Below are positions 6,502 to 15,207 of a stretch of 18,867 nucleotides of DNA, piece after piece; the first letter of the stretch is position 1; the number at the start of each line of letters is the position of its first letter. The DNA comes from Promethearchaeia archaeon. GTDB lineage: Archaea > Asgardarchaeota > Lokiarchaeia > Sigyniarchaeales > SOKP01. The notes beneath the pieces were generated by a model that was not told the DNA's origin, made no database searches, and was given only the letters and a program-made list of their open reading frames with translations. The position numbers and the translations under genes were made by a program. The stretch lies in the NCBI GenBank assembly GCA_046497275.1, contig JAWOFX010000072.1, positions 1 to 18,867 of the forward strand, written 5' to 3'.

Positions 6502-7959
6502 TTATATATAGGGTAGAACCATAGTATTTAGAACATATAATGCGCGTTTCCCAGAAATGGTCTGGACATTTTTAGAATTCGAGATATTAAGAATCTTCAA
6601 GTTTTCTGGAATTCTCTCATTTATTTTATCAGTTATGAAGGTAAGAAAGTTATAGTAGTCTCTTTTCGCTTTAGTCCATAAAAAACCATCTTTTTCAAAA
6701 TGATTGTCATTTTTTTCTTTAAACTTTTTAACATGCTTTTTAGAACTTATAGGTGGTCCTTTTCGCTCATATGTTTCAGAAATAATAGGATTTTCACAAT
6801 ATAGTGCGAGATTATATTCTTTTTGAGTAACTTCAAAATACACTTCAAAAAATATGTTTCCAAATCTTTGTTCATGAGTATATTCTTTCTCCCCGTGAGT
6901 TTTTATAAAATCTCCGAGAGAATATAATTTATCTCGTGTCTCAGTATAATGTGTGTCTTCATCTATATTTTGTGATTCTAATATGAAAAGGTTTTCAATC
7001 AGTTCTGTTGACCTATCAATATCTAAGGTTGGTATTTCTTTTATTTCAAAATATTGCTTATCGGGTGTTTTTAGAAATAAGGAGATCTGTGAATTACAAT
7101 ATTTATAGGCTTTTTCAGAGATGGCTGAAGCCACATTTCTATTTTTATCAATAGGATCCGTAATGATAAGAGAATCATTTTCGAAATGTTTGATTTTATT
7201 CAATTCCTTGTGAGATCTTCCATAATAATCAAGAGGAGTGTTTTTTAGATTATTAAAATTTTCAAAAACAGTAATTATATTTTTATAATGATAGATTAAT
7301 AGTTCAGCGCTATATCCGATAAACCCAACCCTTCCCACAGCGCTTTTATCCCCATAACTATGGCAAGCTTTAAAAAATTGCTTTAAAAGTCGAATATCAT
7401 CCTTCTGACCATCTGTGAGAAAATCTTTTACAAATTTCCCGTGCCACGGAGATCTATCAACCGCAGTAATCGGTCCATTCTTTTTTATATATTCTAAATC
7501 TAAATCAAAATAGAGTACTATATCAATTCTAATTGTTTTATTATTTCTATCATAATTCGTTTGTACATAAGGATGTTCCGCATAGAGAAGTTTTAAATTA
7601 TGAAACTCAGATCCTTTAAGAGCTTTCATAATCCATTCTTTACATAACCATAAGAAGTCATCCTTAATTTTCTTCTTGAACTTTTTTTTCTTAAGATTAG
7701 CATATTTCTTTTTATAGAAATCATATTCCAACCCAATAAACAAATCGATATCAAAATCATCTCTGAGTTGAGTTTGTTTTATGCCTGTAGATCCTTGGGG
7801 TTCTATTGAGGTATATTTTATATCTAATTTTTTCGCTCTCTTTCCAATTAAATTCTTGAGAGTGGTTACAATATTATTGATTAAAATTATTTCCTTAGAT
7901 AACGGTCGAATTTCTTCTAAAACCTCTCTAAAAATTTTTTCTATTTCGTTCATCTTCAA
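6502..7959 (-). CDS. cca: Archaeal (class I) CCA-adding tRNA nucleotidyltransferase
   Basis: PQGS...DFDIDLF, YAEHPYV, AVDRSPWH, RLLKQFFK, GFIGYSAELLI, DPIDKNRNVAS and tail-domain RKGPP. The start may be ATG 7953 rather than TTG 7959. Confidence 0.93.
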   Translation of the reverse strand: MKMNEIEKIFREVLEEIRPLSKEIILINNIVTTLKNLIGKRAKKLDIKYTSIEPQGSTGIKQTQLRDDFDIDLFIGLEYDFYKKKYANLKKKKFKKKIKDDFLWLCKEWIMKALKGSEFHNLKLLYAEHPYVQTNYDRNNKTIRIDIVLYFDLDLEYIKKNGPITAVDRSPWHGKFVKDFLTDGQKDDIRLLKQFFKACHSYGDKSAVGRVGFIGYSAELLIYHYKNIITVFENFNNLKNTPLDYYGRSHKELNKIKHFENDSLIITDPIDKNRNVASAISEKAYKYCNSQISLFLKTPDKQYFEIKEIPTLDIDRSTELIENLFILESQNIDEDTHYTETRDKLYSLGDFIKTHGEKEYTHEQRFGNIFFEVYFEVTQKEYNLALYCENPIISETYERKGPPISSKKHVKKFKEKNDNHFEKDGFLWTKAKRDYYNFLTFITDKINERIPENLKILNISNSKNVQTISGKRALYVLNTMVLPYI

Positions 7960-8121
7960 ATAAGAGTGTATCTATTGAGTTTTATATTAATCGGAATTTA
8001 AGCGTAATTAATATAATCTTTATTTAGATATATGATTTATTTCCTTCTTAAAATAAATAAAGTGTTACCATTAATAATTCTGAAAATTCTTAAAATAAAG
8101 AAGATGTTATAAGGGTAGAGT

Positions 8122-9927
8122 CTACATCCCCCACCATGGATGTTCTATCTCTCTCATTAGTTGAATATATTCTCTCAATGCCTCTTTTTGATCAGTTCTA
8201 AGGTCGTTTAAGAATTTTGAAATTAATTGTCTTACATGACTCTCTGGTACTCTTACATACATCAATTCATCCTTTTCGATATCGCGCCCAATTTCAATAC
8301 CTCTTATGGAAATTGCGACTTCTGCATCTTTTTCTGCTTTATCGATATTTTGTCCTTTATCTTGTAATTGATGAATTCTTCCCACTTTTTTACCGTAATC
8401 AGTAATCAATGATACTTTTGGTAAAACTGTTCCCGCTTCTACACTGACGCCAAACACTGCTGGATTGGAATTTCGAAATATATATTGAGGAAACATTTTG
8501 ATCTTGGCAGGCAAAATTAACTCACTTAATTCTTGGGCCGTGTCCTCCGCTCTTCTCGTTTCTGAATATTCCAGATAATCATCTAATAACCGATAAATCA
8601 CATTATTAGTAAAAATTCTAATATTATCTTTATGAGCTTGTTCTTGAGCCTCTGGGAGAATTGGAACATTAAATCCTAATACCACAGCAGAATAAGGATC
8701 AAAATCTTTTACAATATTAGCATTAATTATATCTTCCTTTTTTATTGGTCCTACATCTGCTATACTTATTTTTACTCCTTTTTTAGAAAAATGGTTTTCC
8801 AAAGCTTCTAAAGACCCTAATGTGTCTGCTTTGAGTACAACTCCAGCTTTATCAGTTTTTATTCTGATTTTTTCGACTTCTTCTTCGATTTCACTGTAAA
8901 TTCTCTCTTTTTCATCAGAGCTGCTTAAACTTTTAAAAGGAGAACCCGCAACCACATCATCTATATCTGGTGCAAGAATTTTAATACCGGCTGCAGCACT
9001 TACAGTATCAACAGAATCAAATTTTTGTCTTGGATCTCTAATTTCATCCAAAGGTTTTGGGGTAAGTAAAGCTCTAACTTTAGAAATAATAGGTTTTTCA
9101 AGACCACCAACTACAAATTCATCTCCTTTATGAAGAATTCCATTATAAATCAATACATCTATAGTTTTTCCATATCCTCGTTCTTTTTTAACCTCAAGAA
9201 CTACACCAACCGCATTTCCTTCAGAGAATTGCAAATTTTGAGTAAGATATTGCTGTACTAATCCCATTAATACTAATAGAAGGGTACTAATTCCCTCTCC
9301 AGTTTTAGCACTAGTTGGGACTATTGCGATTTTCTTCGTAAAATCCTTAATCTTATCGTATCTATCAATACCTTTGAATCCTTCTTCTAAAAAATCCCCT
9401 ATCATTCTATATATTGCTTCATCCAAATATTCCTTAACATGTTGTTTTTGTTTTTGATATGTGTCTAAAAAATCTGCATCATTTTGAGATTTCCATCCAG
9501 GGATTCTATCTATTTTATTTGCAGCGATAACAAACGGAGTTCTTCTCTCACGTAAAATTCTAACAGATTCCCATGTAATAGGTTGAGTCCCCGAAATAAC
9601 ATCCACTACTAATATTGCGATATCGGCAACAGCACCCCCCCTTTTTCGCAAATTCATGAAAGCAGCATGTCCGGGGGTATCAACTATTAATAATCCAGGT
9701 AATTTAAGTTTTTTCTGAGAAAATTCTTCCTTTGATTTTACCAAAAAATCTTTCAGGTCTTCAATAGGAAAAAAGGAAGCTCCGATATGTTGAGTAATTC
9801 CTGCAGCTTCTCTCTGCTGAACCACGGTACCTCTAATGTAATCAAGTAGGCTCGTCTTACCATGGTCTATATGGCCTAAAATACATGCTATAGGTGCTCG
9901 TATTGGTTTTGTTTGTTCTTCAGTCAT
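8122..9927 (-). CDS. infB: Translation initiation factor IF-2 (aIF5B)
   Basis: RAPIACILGHIDHGKT, GITQHIGA, DTPGH, NKID, SAKTGEG, KADTLGSLEAL and FRNSNPAVFGV; 601 aa, archaeal length, no intein. Confidence 0.97.
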   Translation of the reverse strand: MTEEQTKPIRAPIACILGHIDHGKTSLLDYIRGTVVQQREAAGITQHIGASFFPIEDLKDFLVKSKEEFSQKKLKLPGLLIVDTPGHAAFMNLRKRGGAVADIAILVVDVISGTQPITWESVRILRERRTPFVIAANKIDRIPGWKSQNDADFLDTYQKQKQHVKEYLDEAIYRMIGDFLEEGFKGIDRYDKIKDFTKKIAIVPTSAKTGEGISTLLLVLMGLVQQYLTQNLQFSEGNAVGVVLEVKKERGYGKTIDVLIYNGILHKGDEFVVGGLEKPIISKVRALLTPKPLDEIRDPRQKFDSVDTVSAAAGIKILAPDIDDVVAGSPFKSLSSSDEKERIYSEIEEEVEKIRIKTDKAGVVLKADTLGSLEALENHFSKKGVKISIADVGPIKKEDIINANIVKDFDPYSAVVLGFNVPILPEAQEQAHKDNIRIFTNNVIYRLLDDYLEYSETRRAEDTAQELSELILPAKIKMFPQYIFRNSNPAVFGVSVEAGTVLPKVSLITDYGKKVGRIHQLQDKGQNIDKAEKDAEVAISIRGIEIGRDIEKDELMYVRVPESHVRQLISKFLNDLRTDQKEALREYIQLMREIEHPWWGM

Positions 9928-9940
9928 AATCTTTCACAAT
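9928..9940 (-). promoter_or_regulatory. Pre-ATG motif ATTGTGAAAGATT containing an SD-like GTGA; shared with EF-2p
   Basis: Directly precedes the infB ATG and matches 4338-4350 at 11 of 13 positions. Confidence 0.45.
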
Positions 9941-10134
9941 TTAAATGAAGTAATTAATGGTAGAGAAAAATATTTCATATTGTTAAATGATTGTACTCAT
10001 TAGAATTTTATGAATATCAATTTCTCTGAAAAAAAGAAGGGGATAAATAATCAAGCAGTTACTTAGATAAAATCTTAAATGATTTATAATTTGATTATTA
10101 TAAAAAACCAAAATTTCTTATAAATCTGAACTGT

Positions 10135-13005
10135 TTATTTTTCTAAATATTTATTTAGATATTTTGCTGTAAATGATTTTTTGTTGTTAATTAATTCTTC
10201 GGGCTTTCCTGTAGCAACGATCTCACCGCCATTCTCTCCCCCTTCAGGACCCAAATCGATAATATAATCGGCTGACTTAATGATTTCCATATTATGTTCT
10301 ATCACGACAACAGTGTTACCTTTATCCACCAATCTTTGAAGAACGTTCAATAGATATTTTATATCATGATAATGGAGACCTGTTGTAGGTTCATCAAGGA
10401 TATAAAGAGTATTTCCCGTGCTTCGCTTTCTTAATTGGCGTGCTATTTTAAGTCTCTGGGACTCTCCACCACTTAATGTTGTTGATGACTGACCTAATTC
10501 GAGATATCCTAATCCAACATCTACCACTGTTTTTAAAGTGCTTTTAAGGTTTGGAAAGTTATCAAAGAATTCTAATGCTTGGGTGAAAGTCATATCTAAA
10601 ACATTTGCGATATTTTTTCCTTTATATTTAATTTCGAGTGTCTCCGCATTATATCGGTGTCCATTGCAGAGATCGCATTTAATATAGACATCAGGTAAAA
10701 AATACATTTCTTTAAGAATATAACCTCTCCCTTTACATTTTTTGCATCTTCCTTCTTTTGTATTGAAGGAAAATCGACCTTTCTTATATCCTCTAGTTTT
10801 AGCCTCTGGTAAACTAGCAAAATATTTTCTAATATAATTAAAAGCTTTAGTGTAAGTCGCAGGTACTGACCGGGGTGTTTTGCCTATAGGACTTTGGTCA
10901 ATATTTATAATTTTGTCAATTTTTTCATAATTACTAATTTCATCAAAATCTCCTGTCATAACTTTTGAACTTCTTGTATTAACAAGATTTTTCATTCCTT
11001 TAAAGAGACAATCCACAATAAGACTTGTTTTTCCAGCACCTGAAACTCCAGTAACGCATGTGAAAACCCCTATTGGGATATTTATGGTTATATCTTTTAA
11101 ATTATGTTCTCTTACTCCTTTAATTTCTAAGAAATCTTTGAAAGTGCGTCTCTTATTCGGAAGTTTAATTTTTTTCTTGCCTGATAGATATTTTGCTGTG
11201 AGAGAATTCTCAAAGGTTAAAATTGTTTCCAAATCGCCTTGCGCTGCTATTTCGCCACCTTTCTCACCAGCTAAAGGTCCTAAATCAATAATGTGATCAG
11301 CATTTCGTATGATTTCCTCATCATGCTCAACTACCACCACTGTATTTCCTAAATCTCGTAATTTTTTAAGCATATTGATTAATCTATTAATGTCTCTCTG
11401 ATGTAATCCTACACTTGGTTCATCCAGTACATATAATACCCCTACTAAACTAGAGCCCAGTTGAGTTGCCAGTCGGATTCTCTCAGCTTCTCCCACAGAG
11501 AGCGTATCGGACCTACGACTAAGACTGATATAATCAAGCCCAACATTTTTCAGAAAAGATAAACGACTTCGAATTTCTTTGAGAACTTCCTTTACAATCT
11601 TTTGCTGAGTTTCTTCTAACTTTAAATTATCAAAAAATTTTAATTCATCTTTAACAGCTAAATCAGTTAGCTCTGCGATATTTATTCCTTGAATTGTAAC
11701 TGCCCTACTTTCAGGTTTTAATTTTTCTCCATTACAAGAAGGACAAGGAATTCGATTCATAAATTTCTCATAAAATTCTCTGCCTTGCTCAGAATTAGTA
11801 TCCATATATCGACGATGAAGCATTGGAATTATTCCTTCAAAAGGTTTTACAAATTCATATGAAGAGCGATTTTCATACTTAGAATATCTGTTATTCACAT
11901 CCTCTTTCTTAAATTTGAAATGTAAACTTTCTTCGCCCGTTCCATATAATAATTTACCAATTTTTTTTGGGGAGATATCTTTAATTGGTGTTTTATTTGT
12001 ATCAAATTCATAGTGGTTTGCAACTTCCTTTAACATTTGCCAAGAATAACTTGTTAAAGTTTTAAAACCAGGAATATTCCTTATACCACTTTCTTCAAGA
12101 GCAACTGTCAGATCTTCACCTAAAATTAATCGATAATCGAACTCCATGACAGAGCCGAGGCCATTACATTGTTTACAACTTCCATGAGGGATATTGAATG
12201 AAAACATTTTATGATCAAGAGGAGGTATAGAAATGCCGCAATCTAGACACGCATAATGCTCAGAAAACCTTTGTTGTTCTTTACCTACTATTTCAATAAT
12301 TAAGACTCCATCAGATAAGTTTAAGGCTGTCTCAATTGAATCAGCGATTCTAGTTCGAATATTCTCTTTCATCACCAATCTATCAACAATTACATTGATA
12401 TTGTGTTTTATATTTTTATCCAACTCTATATTTTCATCTAGCGTGTATTGAATTCCGTCAATTTCTACTCTGAAAAACCCTTGCTTCTTTAAATCTACTA
12501 ATAAATCTTTATATTCCCCTTTTCTATCGCGAATTATTGGTGCTTTAATGATAAATTTCTCTTTCTCTTCTACAGAATCCAACACTTGCTTTATTATTTG
12601 TTGAGGTGTTTGTGGTTTGATTTCTTTTCCACAATTTGGACAATGTGGTATTCCAACATTTGCATATAAGAGTCTAAAATAGTCATATATTTCTGTGACT
12701 GTACCAACGGTACTTCTTGGGTTTTTAGATAATGGCTTTTGCTCTATAGCAATTGCTGGTGATAATCCTTCAATAGAATCAACATCTGGTTTATCCATTT
12801 CACCTAAAAATTGTCTTGCATAACTTGAGAGGGATTCTAGAAATCTTCTCTGACCTTCCGCATAGAGAGTGTCCATAGCTAATGAGCTCTTACCGCTTCC
12901 GCTAATCCCTGTAATTATAACTAATTTATTTCTGGGGATTTTCACGTCAATATTTTTTAAATTATGTTGCCTTGCTCCTTTAATATAAATATGGCTATTT
13001 TCCAT
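10135..13005 (-). CDS. uvrA: Excinuclease ABC subunit A
   Basis: GARQHNLKN, Walker A GISGSGKS and GVSGAGKT, EGQRRFLESLS, Zn-binding CxxC pairs, LDEPSVGLH and LDEPTTGLH, second signature LSGGESQR; 956 aa. Confidence 0.97.
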   Translation of the reverse strand: MENSHIYIKGARQHNLKNIDVKIPRNKLVIITGISGSGKSSLAMDTLYAEGQRRFLESLSSYARQFLGEMDKPDVDSIEGLSPAIAIEQKPLSKNPRSTVGTVTEIYDYFRLLYANVGIPHCPNCGKEIKPQTPQQIIKQVLDSVEEKEKFIIKAPIIRDRKGEYKDLLVDLKKQGFFRVEIDGIQYTLDENIELDKNIKHNINVIVDRLVMKENIRTRIADSIETALNLSDGVLIIEIVGKEQQRFSEHYACLDCGISIPPLDHKMFSFNIPHGSCKQCNGLGSVMEFDYRLILGEDLTVALEESGIRNIPGFKTLTSYSWQMLKEVANHYEFDTNKTPIKDISPKKIGKLLYGTGEESLHFKFKKEDVNNRYSKYENRSSYEFVKPFEGIIPMLHRRYMDTNSEQGREFYEKFMNRIPCPSCNGEKLKPESRAVTIQGINIAELTDLAVKDELKFFDNLKLEETQQKIVKEVLKEIRSRLSFLKNVGLDYISLSRRSDTLSVGEAERIRLATQLGSSLVGVLYVLDEPSVGLHQRDINRLINMLKKLRDLGNTVVVVEHDEEIIRNADHIIDLGPLAGEKGGEIAAQGDLETILTFENSLTAKYLSGKKKIKLPNKRRTFKDFLEIKGVREHNLKDITINIPIGVFTCVTGVSGAGKTSLIVDCLFKGMKNLVNTRSSKVMTGDFDEISNYEKIDKIINIDQSPIGKTPRSVPATYTKAFNYIRKYFASLPEAKTRGYKKGRFSFNTKEGRCKKCKGRGYILKEMYFLPDVYIKCDLCNGHRYNAETLEIKYKGKNIANVLDMTFTQALEFFDNFPNLKSTLKTVVDVGLGYLELGQSSTTLSGGESQRLKIARQLRKRSTGNTLYILDEPTTGLHYHDIKYLLNVLQRLVDKGNTVVVIEHNMEIIKSADYIIDLGPEGGENGGEIVATGKPEELINNKKSFTAKYLNKYLEK

Positions 13006-13009
13006 TTAT

Positions 13010-13016
13010 TCACTCC
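13010..13016 (-). promoter_or_regulatory. Shine-Dalgarno sequence GGAGTGA for uvrA
   Basis: 4 nt before the uvrA ATG, within the 37-bp uvrB-uvrA spacer; consistent with a uvrBA operon. Confidence 0.6.
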
Positions 13017-13042
13017 ATTCATTTAATAGAATTAGATAAATT

Positions 13043-15043
13043 TCATATTTTAATTTTATAATTCGCTTTCAGGTCCTGTACTTTATCTCTTAAATACGCA
13101 GCATCCTCGAATCTAAGTTCTTTTGCTGCTAAATACATTTTATTTTCTAAATATTGAATAATAACGTCCGCATCACTTAATTCCTCTATTTTTTGCTCAA
13201 CTGATTTTTTTAGGCGTTTTGTTTCTTTTTCTTGTATCTCTTTTTCTTCTGAAAGTGAGCGTAATATATTTTTCTTAATTGTTTGGGGGGTAATATCATT
13301 TTTTTCATTATATTTAATCTGTTTCCGCCTTCTTCTATTTGTTTCTTCGATTGCGTCTTTCATTGCTTTTGTTATCTTATCTCCATATAATATTGCTCTT
13401 CCATTAACATTTCTCGAAGCCCTCCCAATAGTTTGAATTAATGAACGTTCATCTCGTAAAAACCCTAATTTATCAGCATCCAATATTGCAACTAATTGAA
13501 CTTCGGGTAAATCTAATCCTTCTCTTAATAAATTAATGCCAACGATGGCGTCATATGTGCCATCACGTAATCTTCTTAATATTTCAAAACGTTCAACAGT
13601 ATCGACTTCACTGTGAAGATATGCTATTTTTATTCCAATCTCTGAATAATATTCTGCAATATCTTCTGCCATTCGTTTTGTTAAAGTAGTAATTAAGATT
13701 CTACCCTTATTTGAAATAACTTTTCGTATCTCTGCTAAAAGATTATCGATTTGATCTTCAGCAGATCTTATTTCAACTGCTGGGTCAACTAAACCAGTTG
13801 GACGAATTATTTGTTCAGCTGATATTCCATCACTTTTTTTTAATTCCCAATCTCCTGGTGTCGCGCTCATAAAAATGATATTTTTTATTTTGCTTTTCCA
13901 TTCTTCAAAAGTTAGGGGGCGGTTATCAAAAGCACTTGGTAATCTCCAACCATATTCTACAAGATTTTTCTTACGTGAACGATCACCTCCAATCATTCCG
14001 TGTATCTGAGGGATAGAAATATGAGATTCATCCACAACGATTAAGAAATCCTCTGGATAATAATCTATTAAACACATTGGTGGAGATCCGGGTGGTCTCC
14101 CATCCAAGTGTCTAGAATAATTTTCAATCCCTTTACAATATCCCATTTCACGCATCATTTCAAGATCAAATTTTACTCTTTGTTCTAATCTCTGAGCTTC
14201 TGCATATTTACCAGCTTTCCGAAATCTCTCTAAATGTTCACTTAATTCCTGTTCAATAGAATCTAAAGCCTTTATTTTATTTTCTTCAGGAATTATGAAA
14301 TGTGTTGCTGGAAATATTCTAATATTAGGAATTTCTTTTATAGCATTATTCGATATTGGATGTATTTCTTTAATTGATTCGATTTCATCTCCAAATAAGG
14401 AGATTCGTATTCCAGTTTCCAAATATGCTGGAAAGATGTCAATAATATCTCCTTTTACTCGTACTGTTCCAGGTCTAAAATCAAAATCATTTCGTTCATA
14501 ATTCATTTTTATCAAACGATCAAGTATCTCTCGCCTCTCAATGAATTGCCTTTCTTCTAAACTCAATGCAACATTTGTCCATACATCAGGATTTCCAATT
14601 CCATAAATACAAGATACGGTAGCAACTATTATTACATCTCTTCTTGTCCTTATAGCATGAGTTGCCGCTAGTCTTAATCGTTCAATCTCTTCATTCACAC
14701 TGAAATCTTTTTCTATATACATTGCTGTGGTTGGGATATATGCTTCCGGTTGGTAATAATCGTAATAAGAAACAAAATAATGGACAGCATTATGAGGAAA
14801 GAATTGCTTTAGCTCTTGGTACAATTGAGCAGCGAGAGTTTTATTTGGAGCCATAACAAGAGTTGGTTTCTGAATCTTCTGGATCACATTTGCGATAGAA
14901 AAGCTTTTACCAGTACCAGTCGCTCCTAAAAGTGTTTGATATCGTTTTCCATTTTTAATATTATCAGCCAAGGCCTCTATAGCTTTTGGTTGATCTCCTT
15001 TAGGCTCAAACTCTGATACTAAATCGAATTCTGAACTCATCAC
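13043..15043 (-). CDS. uvrB: Excinuclease ABC subunit B
   Basis: Walker A GATGTGKS, beta-hairpin FVSYYDYYQPEAYIP, VDESH, GINLLREGLDLPEV, QTIGRASRN and a C-terminal UVR coiled coil (AAKELRFEDAAYLRD). Start is GTG 15043 or ATG 15040. Confidence 0.97.
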   Translation of the reverse strand: MMSSEFDLVSEFEPKGDQPKAIEALADNIKNGKRYQTLLGATGTGKSFSIANVIQKIQKPTLVMAPNKTLAAQLYQELKQFFPHNAVHYFVSYYDYYQPEAYIPTTAMYIEKDFSVNEEIERLRLAATHAIRTRRDVIIVATVSCIYGIGNPDVWTNVALSLEERQFIERREILDRLIKMNYERNDFDFRPGTVRVKGDIIDIFPAYLETGIRISLFGDEIESIKEIHPISNNAIKEIPNIRIFPATHFIIPEENKIKALDSIEQELSEHLERFRKAGKYAEAQRLEQRVKFDLEMMREMGYCKGIENYSRHLDGRPPGSPPMCLIDYYPEDFLIVVDESHISIPQIHGMIGGDRSRKKNLVEYGWRLPSAFDNRPLTFEEWKSKIKNIIFMSATPGDWELKKSDGISAEQIIRPTGLVDPAVEIRSAEDQIDNLLAEIRKVISNKGRILITTLTKRMAEDIAEYYSEIGIKIAYLHSEVDTVERFEILRRLRDGTYDAIVGINLLREGLDLPEVQLVAILDADKLGFLRDERSLIQTIGRASRNVNGRAILYGDKITKAMKDAIEETNRRRRKQIKYNEKNDITPQTIKKNILRSLSEEKEIQEKETKRLKKSVEQKIEELSDADVIIQYLENKMYLAAKELRFEDAAYLRDKVQDLKANYKIKI

Positions 15044-15207
15044 TGAAAAATTAAAATATAATTATTTGGAGAATATAATTGAATTTTCTTACTTTTTAAT
15101 TACTATTTATGAGTTATTGACATCTTATGTTTTTTATGGTAATAATTTAAGAGTAAAGAGTTTAAAAAGAAAAGGAGTAAACTAATTTCTAATTTTATGA
15201 ATAATAA

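Noticed and set aside
9635-9646. G7 run preceded by A5 on the infB coding strand (AAAAAGGGGGGG) as a possible slippage or phase-variation site
   Set aside because: It encodes the conserved RKRGG motif, the frame is intact, and it does not fit an in-frame X XXY YYZ slippery heptamer with Y = A/U.
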